From assembly GCA_048013815.1 (NCBI GenBank), contig CM106586.1:4278001-4342000 (forward strand): a stretch of DNA of 64,000 bases, given 5' to 3'. The position numbers and the translations under genes were made by a program. This stretch comes from Setoptus koraiensis (lineage: Eukaryota; Animalia; Arthropoda). This document shows, in pieces, positions 51,301-61,766 of this stretch; positions within the stretch are counted from its first letter, which is position 1; the number at the start of each line of letters is the position of its first letter. The notes under the pieces are model-generated. The model was not told where the DNA came from. It made no database searches and saw nothing but the letters and a program-made list of their open reading frames with translations.

Positions 51301-51715
51301 TCTCAAGCAGTGTTGTGAGAGCGACCAACACAAGCCAAGACTGTGATTAATGGGGCCGCTCGATGGCATAATCGCAAAATAGCAGCGTAGCGAAGAAATT
51401 AAAAGTTATGCCAGTCTATTGTGCGTGTCACTAGGGCAACAAAATCGCTCTTTGCTCGTGCGAGCACTGGTCCAACTCTCTAGAGTTTAGACAGATAGCT
51501 AGATAAGTGGTTTATGGGGAGACAAGCCGGCGCGAAAAGGCTAGCTTCTCGGTTGTCGGCCAGATATGATTGCGAAACAAGGGGCCCATTCGACCCGATT
51601 GAACTGAAGCTCACAACGAAACAAGCTCAACAAGCGCATAAATATTGAGTAATTTGTGATCCGCCGGTGCCCAACATCGTATTCGGTTCGCATCATGGCC
51701 CCGAGAATATTATCA

Positions 51716-51851
51716 TAATTCTCCTAATAATATTATTATTAATATTATTATTAATATTATTATTAATATTATTATTAATATTATTATTAATATTATTAGG
51801 ATATTTTATTAATATTATTGGGATATTTTATTAATATTATTGGGAGAATTA
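51716..51851. repeat. AT-rich palindromic 12-bp array (AATATTATTATT)n bounded by 19-bp inverted repeats
   Basis: Left end TAATTCTCCTAATAATATT; right end AATATTATTGGGAGAATTA (1 mismatch). Confidence 0.8.
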
Positions 51852-52929
51852 AAATTTTCGAGACAGATCATTCAATTGCAAGATGGTCTCGTTCAGAATG
51901 ACAGACGTGAATTTAGACGAGAAAACACCCGAACGCAAAAGCCCAAGTTGGGTGGGTCGGCTCGAAACAAATATTGAATAACATGCTGGCATGATTTGCG
52001 CAAACACGGCTCACCGGAGCTTCCAAGCGGCTCGAGATGGATGGCTTGATGAGCGATTCCATTATTAATAATAACAGAATAATAATATTGTAATACCGAA
52101 TATGAAGATGCTGTCGCTATGTGATCTATGTCGGCCGATCGTCGCTGCAGCCACTGTCTGGCAGAACTTAATGGGCGCACAAAAACACATGGAAACAGTC
52201 AGCGAAACCAGAATATAAACCGAACTAACCAGACTTGGCAAGCGAACCAGAGTGGCCAAACCAGCCGACGAAGAGAAATAAACAGAGACAAACAAATAAC
52301 AAACAAACAGCGAAAGCGCAAAAAATAAATAGACAGCGCCAGCCATCATTTAAGTTAAATGCTTTAAGTAGCCAAATATTAGTTGTTGTCGGTTGTCGAG
52401 TTTACAATGGGCGTCCCTGCCATCGCGACTCGCGAGCCCTCAAAAAACATATCTGGCTCGTGCGCTGTTTGTTGTGTGTGCGTTTTGGGGCCCCAAATAA
52501 CTGGCCAGAAAGCAAAAAAACAAAAAAAAATGATAAACACAAACTGACTGAGCAACAATGACTGAGCATAAGCTGCGGGCCCCATTGACAGATGGATGCT
52601 GCATGCAGCCGAAGTGAGTATTATGTAGCTGAACAGTTGGATAGGCAGCGGCGGCAGCAAAAGCTGGCCAGCAAACAGTGAAAAGAGTGAAAAAATTGAT
52701 AACTGGTTATATAACTAATGAACGTTTACAACAAACAAAAACAACCGTTGACAACAAACACTTGCTTGCTGTTGTGTCTGCTGTAGCCGGATTGCGCAAC
52801 GACGGGCGTAAGCCATTCGGGCGGCTGGCGATACTTGCGAAATCGGGTTGTGCCGCTCGGATCGGCGGATAGCGGCCGATAGTAGGTAACAGGCATCTGA
52901 ATGAGCGCTGCAAAGTCGTCGCACTAGAT

Positions 52930-52998
52930 GGGCCCCGCTTTTCGACAGGGCCCCATTTTGCGACGGGCCCCCCATTCTGCGACGGGTCCCCCATTTTG
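52930..52998. repeat. Degenerate tandem repeat of about 18 bp (GCGACGGGCCCCCATTTT) x4
   Basis: Read directly from the sequence. Confidence 0.75.
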
Positions 52999-53331
52999 TG
53001 ATGGGCGGAACTGGAATGGGGCCGAAACGGGTGATTGAACATATGAGCTGTGAGGTAGCGCCGCCGCCGCCGCCGCCGCCAACACCACCACCAACAACAA
53101 CAACAACAGCATGCCGGAGACGCGGCACGCATCGCACGGCTGCACAACGGTCTGCCCAGCGCGGGCCCCGTCTAACCGGGCCCGTCTAAGCGGCTCTGTC
53201 TGAGCGATCTGTCTGGCCGGCGTGTGTGTGGGGCCGAGTCAGACGCCAGTCGCCAGTTCACTTATAAATGGCGGGGCCCAAATGTCTGGTTGACAACGGC
53301 GCCAGAGTAAGATTATACATACGAGAGCACA

Positions 53332-53385
<54 letters not shown>

Positions 53386-53400
53386 GATAATAATAATAAT
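53332..53400. repeat. (AAT)n microsatellite, about 23 units
   Basis: Read directly from the sequence. Confidence 0.95.
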
Positions 53401-53464
53401 GGCGAATGAGGGAGGAGTGCGCCAACGGAGCTAAGTGCCAGCTTTCTGCCACCTTCCGCCAGCC

Positions 53465-53536
53465 GTGGGCCCGCCATTTCAGTGTGTGGGCCCGCCGTTT
53501 CAGCGTGTGGGCCCGCCGTTTCAGCGTGTGGGCCCG
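53465..53536. repeat. 21-bp tandem repeat (GTGGGCCCGCCGTTTCAGCGT), about 3.5 copies
   Basis: Read directly from the sequence. Confidence 0.9.
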
Positions 53537-53758
53537 TGGGGCCGATGGCGGTCTGTCGATGGCAAGATCGACGTGCCATCGCTCATCGTATCATTTGAAA
53601 TGCAGTGGGTGACATTATGGCGCGGTGCGGTGCGGCGCGGCACGGTAGCGGCACAAGCGGCGGCAGTGGCGGCCACTAGCACGCCAATATTCAGCCAAAC
53701 GGCCAGACGATAATATCCGATCAGACGAGATCAGATCGGATCGGATCGCGCTCGTCGC

Positions 53759-53759
<1 letters not shown>

Positions 53760-53813
<54 letters not shown>
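53760..53813. repeat. (GTT)n microsatellite, about 18 units
   Basis: Read directly from the sequence. Confidence 0.95.
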
Positions 53814-55530
53814 AACAACTATTGTTGTCGCTTTCTGATTCGCCCCCCTATCGCCATATTCGTGTCTGATGAAACTGTCCGGCTGGCTGGCTCGACGCTG
53901 CATCCAGCCAGACACAGCTGAGGCCCCGCATGGCAGCCGAAAGGGGCCGACAGGCCAGAGATACAGCAATAACAGCGGCGGCAGCCATGGCGATAATCAT
54001 AACAGTGCAGCGGCAACGGACCATGTCACTAACTATGACATGCTCGTCGTCGTGCATATATTCTCGCTGTTATTATCTATTTCCAATAGGAGCCCCAGCC
54101 CCGGCAGCAGCAACAACAACAACAACACCAACGACAGCACCAACAACAACACCACCAACGACAGCAACAACAACAACAACAACACCAACGACAGCACCAA
54201 CAACAACCACGACAACGACAACCACCACAACGACAACAACAAGTAATGAACTGTTTAGTCAGGATTTGCATACTAATCTCTCCCTATGTGACTTAATCGC
54301 CTGACATTAGCAACTCTATGATTGGATCGGATCGCTCACAAGGCGGCGACGTAAGCGCGATCTGTTCCGATTTGGTCCATTCGTCGTCTATTTAGCGTCT
54401 AGATTGCGTCATTTTGAATAAAAGTCAATTCTCTCTCTCTCTCTCTCGCTCGCTCTCTGTCTGTCTCCATCACTCATCGCGAGCGACGCAGTTACATAAC
54501 GGATATCCTATGCTCGTTTACGCGCAGTCTGGCTCAAGATTCAGTTGAGTCAGCCAACGGCTCGCGAGCCGATATAAGTTGATTACAAGCCGATGGGAGA
54601 CGCCACTTTTGCAAGTGCAATTTCGCAAGTTGCAACAAAACAACGCAGCCGACCCCGTCACTCAAATTAAATATAAAATATAAATTGAGAACAATATTTG
54701 TCTTGCAACGTTTGCCCACTTCCTAAAACTTTTAGGCTAAAAGCGAAGCTTTTGTTTTTCCTCGGCTCGCTTATCTCGGCTAGTTTGTATCTGATTGTGT
54801 TACATAACAACTAATACGACAAACAAACAAGTGCAATGTTGCTGGCACGCTAAATAAACTTGTGTTAAATAAATAAACCTGACACTCTCAGACTGAGAGT
54901 AATATCAAATAGTGGGCCGAATTACGAACCACAAATCGCAAATTTAATATTTATTGTTTATTATTGGTTGTGGCCGCGATCGTAGAGAGCACCTCCTGCG
55001 ACTCGTTGGCCACTGCGTCGCCACAAGGTGACATTTATTTGCCACTGGTAAATTTATACATTTACGTATATATTTGCATACATTTGTGCGACACACACTA
55101 ACTGGACAGGTCGGTGCTTGATAAATTCAGGCAAAATTGTTATTGGTAAATTTATTTTCAAAACAACAATCGAAACTGTGCGAAATGTCATGAAAATCTC
55201 ACGATGAAATCTTAGCCAAACCGGAAAATTTACCGCTCATCTGCTGCACGTTGTCGATGCCAGTCAGTGAACTTGAATCGAGCCGCTAACTTGTTTTATC
55301 CTCGAGAGTCGAGACGCATTCTGTAAAAATGGCCCTGACAAAATACGTGTGGCCACAACAAAATACGTCCGGCGAACGTCAGTTATTGGCAACTCGATAA
55401 GCATGGGCGCAAAATGAGCCGACCAAAACAGAATCGAGGCAGAAATAGCGTCGAACCATCATTATGTTACCGATTATATTACCGACACGGTCAAGCGAAC
55501 GCTCAAGTGTTTTCCGTGTCGACAATTCCA

Positions 55531-55611
55531 AAACATTTCCAAACATTGCCAAACATTGCCAAACATTGCCAAACATTGCCAAACATTTCTAAAACATTTC
55601 TAAAACATTTC
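55531..55611. repeat. 10-bp tandem repeat (AAACATTGCC), about 8 copies
   Basis: Read directly from the sequence. Confidence 0.9.
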
Positions 55612-55711
55612 AGAAAAATGTCCGACACATTTGCAGCCAGCAACTACTTGACGAATGCCCGCTCTCGACGACACTGGTCATTTTGTGCCCATCGCATCTG
55701 ATGATAAATTG

Positions 55712-55752
55712 TGACATCTTGTGACTCGCAGCTCGTGAGTCACAAGATGTCA
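55712..55752. repeat. Perfect 16-bp inverted repeat with a 9-nt spacer (hairpin)
   Basis: TGACATCTTGTGACTC-gcagctcgt-GAGTCACAAGATGTCA. Confidence 0.9.
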
Positions 55753-56177
55753 TATTGGTTCTATTGGTGCGACAAAACACAGTGCAACAACATGATGTAA
55801 ACAAGTGGTTGGTTTGATGTGACGCAATCTTGCCACTTCATTTGGCACTGGTGACATTTTGCGTCAGCTGTGTGTGTTGCATACAAATTGAGCTGGTTGC
55901 GGTTGGTTGACATGTTTTGAAATTGAAATATTGAGATTGAGATTAATATAATTGAAAATGTTAAATAACTGAATGGCCGGCCCGACAGGTGCACAGGCCG
56001 ACAGGTATGTCTCCTCAAATAACAACAGCCATGTGTATAGCGATACCAATGCCGCCGAAAAGAAATTCTAGACCAGTCCAGACGCGATGGACTCTGGTCA
56101 GCGAGTATGGTCATGATTTGGCCATGATGATGATTGAATTTGCACATTGGCGCATTAGCGCTTGCATTAAACAATTA

Positions 56178-56208
56178 CCGCCTGACCAGTAATTTACTGG
56201 TCAGGCGG
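56178..56208. repeat. 31-bp palindrome (perfect 15-bp arms, 1-nt centre)
   Basis: CCGCCTGACCAGTAA-T-TTACTGGTCAGGCGG. Confidence 0.9.
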
Positions 56209-58239
56209 CTGGTTAGGCACGCCGGCCACTGGGTGCATGCGCTCGCTGGAGAGCAGCACTTTGTATATACATTGTGTGCAAGCTTAATTTGGCTTACATA
56301 ATAGCCTCGCAAAGTGCAAAGTTGCCCACTGAGGGGCCCATCATGAGAAGTGCAAATGATCTGACAGCCGATGGCTGGTGAAATGCGATTGCCTCGGCCA
56401 CACAAACGGCGCTGCCAGCGCCGCCAGCAACAAGCCAACAATTGGTTTGGTTTGGTACGTTTGGGTTTGCCGTATTTAGCCAGTTGGGCCAGTGGGGCCA
56501 GCGGGGGCCCCGATCGAAACTGGGCCAGTGCAGGCCGGTTTGCAGTTTGTAGCAAACTGGTAAAGAGCCTTGGGGCGTCGCTCGGTGGCCGGGGCACGAT
56601 TGGCAGCAGCAGCAGCAGTAGCAGCAGCTTTGCAAGATACAGCCGGCAAATAGCTTAGGTTTTACAAACAATTTGCCTGGCGCTTCGCCAGTATTTGAGT
56701 GCATAGATATCAGTCCATAATCTGTTATTTTGGCCCTCGCCTAGTTAGCTGACTTCTTGCCGGGCAAAGGGCAAAACGTTGATCGTTGGCTGGGATGGGA
56801 TTGTGGCCAGTGGAGAGCACGTTCAGCGCAAAAGTCCAAGGCGTTATGCAACTTCCGACCGCTTTATACGTGCACTGTCAGCCAACCAGCGATGTGTACC
56901 TGGCTGTGGAGCGCTTACCAAGAAGTTGCTGGTTACGTGATTCGTGTTCCATTGAATGAGTGGCTCGAATCGAGCCAATTCATTGTAACTTGTTCAGTTG
57001 TTGGCGCGGGCCCCGAAACTCGGCGGCCGCTCTGGCGGCTCAACTTGGCAAGCTGTGCAGCGAACCTGTTTGGGCCCGTTGTCGAATCGATTACGAACGT
57101 TCTCAACAATTCAACAATTGTGCGCGATATCACTCGAAAACTCCAGCAGACTGTCTATTGGTACTCTGATAGAGTGCCAAGCCCCACTGCTGCCATACAA
57201 CTGCCACAGCACAGGTACAAAACAGTCGCAGTGTGTACATCAAAATGTATTGCTACTCAGACTGGGGACTTTATTAGCTGGGGCCCATTTATGGGCCCCA
57301 TATACTGGCACAGCGAGCATGGGCTGTGAGTAGGGGCATACTCGCAGTGTCTGGCATGCGCTTAATATTAACGGTTCAACTTGGAGCTAACCGTCTGAGC
57401 GAGCGAGTAATAACAATGAAGATGGGGCCCCATTATTCGCGAGTCGCTCACTAAATGAGATGATATTTAAGATGCAAGCGACGCTGCTAATATTCTTGAT
57501 CGTATCATGAGTATGCGGCTCGGCTCGGCTCGAGAAAACTTGATGGCTCCTTATGCGGGGCTCTTTGTTTGTTTTGGAGGCGCGCCATTTATTTACTGAA
57601 CAAAGCGAGCGAGCCTGTGTGGGCAAATGGGGTAATAATAGATAATATATAATATGATAAACCAACTGATAACCGCCGACAGAAGGCGCGCCGCGACAAC
57701 ATGATGAACTCGGTGCTGGGGCCGCCAGGTAGAGCGCATCGCCGTGCAGTCGACTGGCCTGAGACTGTCAGGCTGAGAGTCGATCGCTTGTGGCCAAAAT
57801 GAAATCAGACCAGTTGTGGGCAAACAGTGGCCAGAAACAATTTTCGTCGGACGCTTATCGTCGGAAAATGCGCCGCACGTTAACAAGCCATTAACTGGCA
57901 ACGGCCGGTAGGGCACAGAATGATCTCGAGTACAAATATGTTTGTGGGGCCACTCGATCGACAGCGAAAACCTTTATGAATTAATTCAAATTTCGAGCTC
58001 AGCTCAGTTCGAGCCCAGCCCACAACTGGCGGTCTCCTCTCTAGGCGAATCCCTCTCTAGCCCGTCCATCCGATCTCTAGATAAAAACGGATTGCCAATA
58101 ACAACAGACGATACGCCACCGACTGGCTCAAAAGTGACCGTTGCGGCGGCACTTGGAGCCGCGCTATCGTTCGGCGGAAACAAGACACAGCAGCGACACG
58201 ATCGTCTCAGATGAATCGGACCGAAGCGGATTGGGGCCC

Positions 58240-58307
58240 GCCGAAACTGAGCGTGGCGCGCCGAAACTGACCGTGGCGCGCCGAAACTGACCGAAGCGCA
58301 CCGAAAC
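58240..58307. repeat. 20-bp tandem repeat (GCCGAAACTGACCGTGGCGC), about 3.5 copies
   Basis: Read directly from the sequence. Confidence 0.85.
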
Positions 58308-60300
58308 GGCGCCAAGTGGCCGAAAGAATGGCGCAATCTGTGACGCGCGTATTGGCGTATTACGCAACAAACAAAAGGAGGGCAAGCAAACAGAGTTGGA
58401 GGTCATTTCGGTGCATGTCATCGGCGTGGCGCCATCGGGCTGTCAGATTAAATGGGCGCCGCTGGCCGCTGGTCATTCCACAGTTGGCAGCCACTCAAAG
58501 TGACCACTTGACTCGCTGACCACAACAGCCGCCGCCGGCCAGGCCGCAGTGTGCGCGTCGCAGTGAGCTGGGCGCAGTGTGCGAGTCGCGGGGCGCTCAA
58601 TAGCGAGCCGCTCGCTCATTTGGGCCGGCCGAATTGGGCCAAACTAATCGCTAGATTTATCAGCCAAGCGGACGATGCGCTTGGGGGCGCCAACTGGCCA
58701 GCGGGCCAGTGGGCCGACGGGCCACCCGAGCAACCGAGCGACTGGCCCGAAGGAGCGGCTGCGAGGCACCGCGAGCAGCATCAGCGCGTGAAGAGCGCGT
58801 GCCAAGTCGCAAATGGAACGCGCTCGGCTGCTGGTGCATTCGAACGCTCGAATCTGGCCGGATTTGTCGTAAAAAAGCGCGCTCCAAAATAAATAGGCCG
58901 TGAGCGGCCGCTCCGAGCGACCAGCTCGCCGGGCTACGGGTCAGTTGGCGAGTTGTGCGGCGGGCGGAGAGCGGCGAGCGGCGAGTGGCAAGTGGCAGCG
59001 CCCGCAGGTATTGAATACGTGTCGGCCGGGCGCGCCCGTAGGCCGCCGCCCGGTTCGCGGGCCCCGCTAACAGGCAAGATTATCGGCCTATTAATTTGGC
59101 GCTGCCCGTTGGCCGGCCGGCCGGCCGGCTCACAGGGCTCAGCGCGGCCGGCGCTGAGCCAATATTGTGCCCGCGACAGATAATAAGTGAGCGCCGGCCG
59201 CAGCCAAAGCCGCTTTTGATGGCGCCTCTTTGGGGCCGGCTGGCCGGTGACAGTGCGACACAAACAGAGAGAACGCAGAGCGAATTCTCCATGTGAGTGG
59301 CACAGGAGAGACAGGTGTGCACAATTCATCTCATTGCTGCGCTATTATCCAGACGGGGGCCCGAGCGGGCCGGACGGGACAAGCGCAGTGACGACAATTG
59401 TTGACTGAATGAGAGCAGAGGCATCCTTTGTGGTTGCGTCACAATGGGGCCTGGTAGCGCACAGTTTATCGTGAGATGATAGCTATCATGACGCAACAAC
59501 GTCTTGCGTGCGCCGGCCGCATTTGTCGGTGCGCCGCCCAACTGCGGCTAAAAAGAAGCGCAGGTATAAAAGAGGCGCAGGTACTGCAGCGGCACCAGCG
59601 GCGGTTTCCAAAAGTGTCTGCGAGTTTAGATTTCCATTTATACCGGCCCGGTTGACGCAATTACTCTCGCCGCACCGCTGCTGCTGCCACCGAGCGGTTG
59701 CTGGCCGTTTAACGAGACGCCGATCAACGGGGACGCCACTGAAACAAGCAACGCTCACGTTTAATCATGTCTTGCGCCAACCTCCGAATTCTTTCGCCGC
59801 TTGGTCATTTCGGGGCCCCTATAAACACTGGGCGCTGGCACAGGCAAGCCGAGCGACCCAAACACAAACAAAGAGCGCGGGTCAGACAGGCTGACAGCGG
59901 TCATTTTGCATGCTGGCTCGCATTTGTTTGGTAGCGAGCAAACGCGAACAGTGAGCAAGCCAACAAATAATTGAACCAGTTGAAATCGAGAATGAAAGGG
60001 TAACGAAAAATGGCCATTTGCTTGGACGACACGGGGCCCCAATAATTGAAATGGGCCATTTCTATTATTGGCACAATCGTGTGGCACAATCGTGCACAAA
60101 TTTTGCACAGAACATGTTACAAACTTTGTTGTGCAACAAAGTTACATAACAATGGTCATATGTGCGGTAATACCTGGGCGGTCACTGGCGATCTCTGGCC
60201 CGATCGGCCCGTGCTCACCTGTGTGCCGGGTCCGTTTGAGTCCGTCTGAGCATGCTAAAGTCTGCCCGAGTCTGCCCGTGTCGGCCCGTGTCCGTCGGGC

Positions 60301-60356
60301 CGGACACAAGCGGACACAAGCGGACACAAGCGGACACAAGCGGACACAAGCGGACA
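60301..60356. repeat. 10-bp tandem repeat (CGGACACAAG), about 5.5 copies
   Basis: Read directly from the sequence. Confidence 0.95.
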
Positions 60357-61718
60357 GCAAACGGCAAGCTGAGGCGATGCCCGAATGCCGTCGATTGCGG
60401 ACACAAACAACAGTGAGTGACAGCGACGGGCCCGCACCCGAGCGGCTCGCCGATGGCAGGTCCACTGTATTTGTCTCATGCGACACAGCGGACTCTTGCG
60501 GACGCCGTTGAGCGGACTCCGGCCAGCGAGTGACGGAGCCGCCACAACACCAACGACGACAGCGAAATTTCGGCAGCCGGTCATTAGTTGGGTCGGGCAG
60601 TGCCCCGAACAAGGCCGAGGGAGACCCGGCGGATTGTTCAGCGGTGTGCCGAGCGGTGTCCGAGGTGCCAAGGCGAAGCATGTCGATAGTCCGTCGTCAA
60701 TCATTGGAGCAGCTCGCGCAAATTTGCATAGCGCCAGGTTCGTTGCATGGCGCTCGGTTTATTGCGTGGCGCTTGGTTTGTTGCATGGCTCCCCAGTTTG
60801 CGGACACGGGGGCCGGGCGCAAAAGTTTTGCCGGCGCGGCTGCGGGCCAGTGTTGAGCTATTGTATGTGCTAGTCGTACACTGTTCGCACACCTGAACAG
60901 TATAACTAAACGCCATTTAGAGGCGCAGCTAGGCTGTTGGCCGACGCATTCGGGCCCCACTGATCTGTCGGAAGTCGTGGCGCACTCATCAAGCGCTACG
61001 CACTGTACAACCGCTTTGGCGGCCAACCTCGGGCCCCAACTCTGGGCCCCAAGACTCGTGCGTAAGACGGGCCTCGAGCATCAGACATGAATCAAGACAG
61101 TGCCAGACGAGGCAGTTCGAGAGGCCCCAAACTGGCCAAGTTGCACGGCTACATCAAGGGCCGCGACAAGAGAGATCAATGGTAAACGACAAACTGTTTC
61201 CCCGAGCGACGCCGCCAGCTAGCCAGCAAATTTGACAACGCCGACCGCGAGCCGAGCCATCGTTTATCTCGAGTCGCTGATAACATCGACAACTCGAGTG
61301 CCGTCGGCTGGCTGCTGGGCGACTCCCTCAAGTTGGCGCCCGACGAGCCGGCCGCGACGAGCTTGCCGCGACGAGTTATTTGATCGCACAGGGGGCCCGC
61401 TTGTGGCCGCTGCGAGCGGCTCGAAACTGACCGCCGGCAAACAAGCCGAGCCCAGGTGAGCCGAGTGTGTGGCGCGTCTCATTTGCGAAATTGCGCACCA
61501 GAGGCGCCACAACTAGCCGCCAATATCCATGGGTATTTCCAGCGGATCGGGCTGCCATATCGCCGTTTGCGCAGCCTTGCTAATAGCAAGTTGCCATTTA
61601 TATCCATTCGGCTGATAGGTGTCGCTGCGCTGGCTGGCTGTCGTGCGGGCCACTTGATTAGGCCGCGCACGTAAATTAAATTAATGTATCGCAAGTAAAC
61701 TTTAAATTGCTCATGTTG

Positions 61719-61766
61719 CAACCCGTACATAACCGAATTGCAGCCAATTTGGTTATGTACGGGTTG
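61719..61766 (+). ncRNA. Candidate small-RNA hairpin (22-bp stem, 4-nt loop) whose 5' arm begins with the miR-100-family sequence AACCCGUA
   Basis: CAACCCGTACATAACCGAATTG-CAGC-CAATTTGGTTATGTACGGGTTG is fully paired on the + strand with one G-U. The hairpin is certain; the miRNA identity is speculative because the loop is short. Confidence 0.3.

Noticed and set aside
53051-53058. TGAGGTAG, the let-7 seed
   Set aside because: The rest of the mature sequence does not match and there is no hairpin.
55480-55582. FGNVL...ERSL on the minus strand, resembling Dop2R TM1/ICL1
   Set aside because: It derives from the AAACATTGCC tandem repeat; it is not hydrophobic, the spacing is wrong and there is no TM2.
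56757-57329. 190-aa ORF with an LFGP stretch vaguely like a mariner transposase
   Set aside because: No DD(E/D) triad or other conserved blocks are visible; an HMM search would be needed to revive it.
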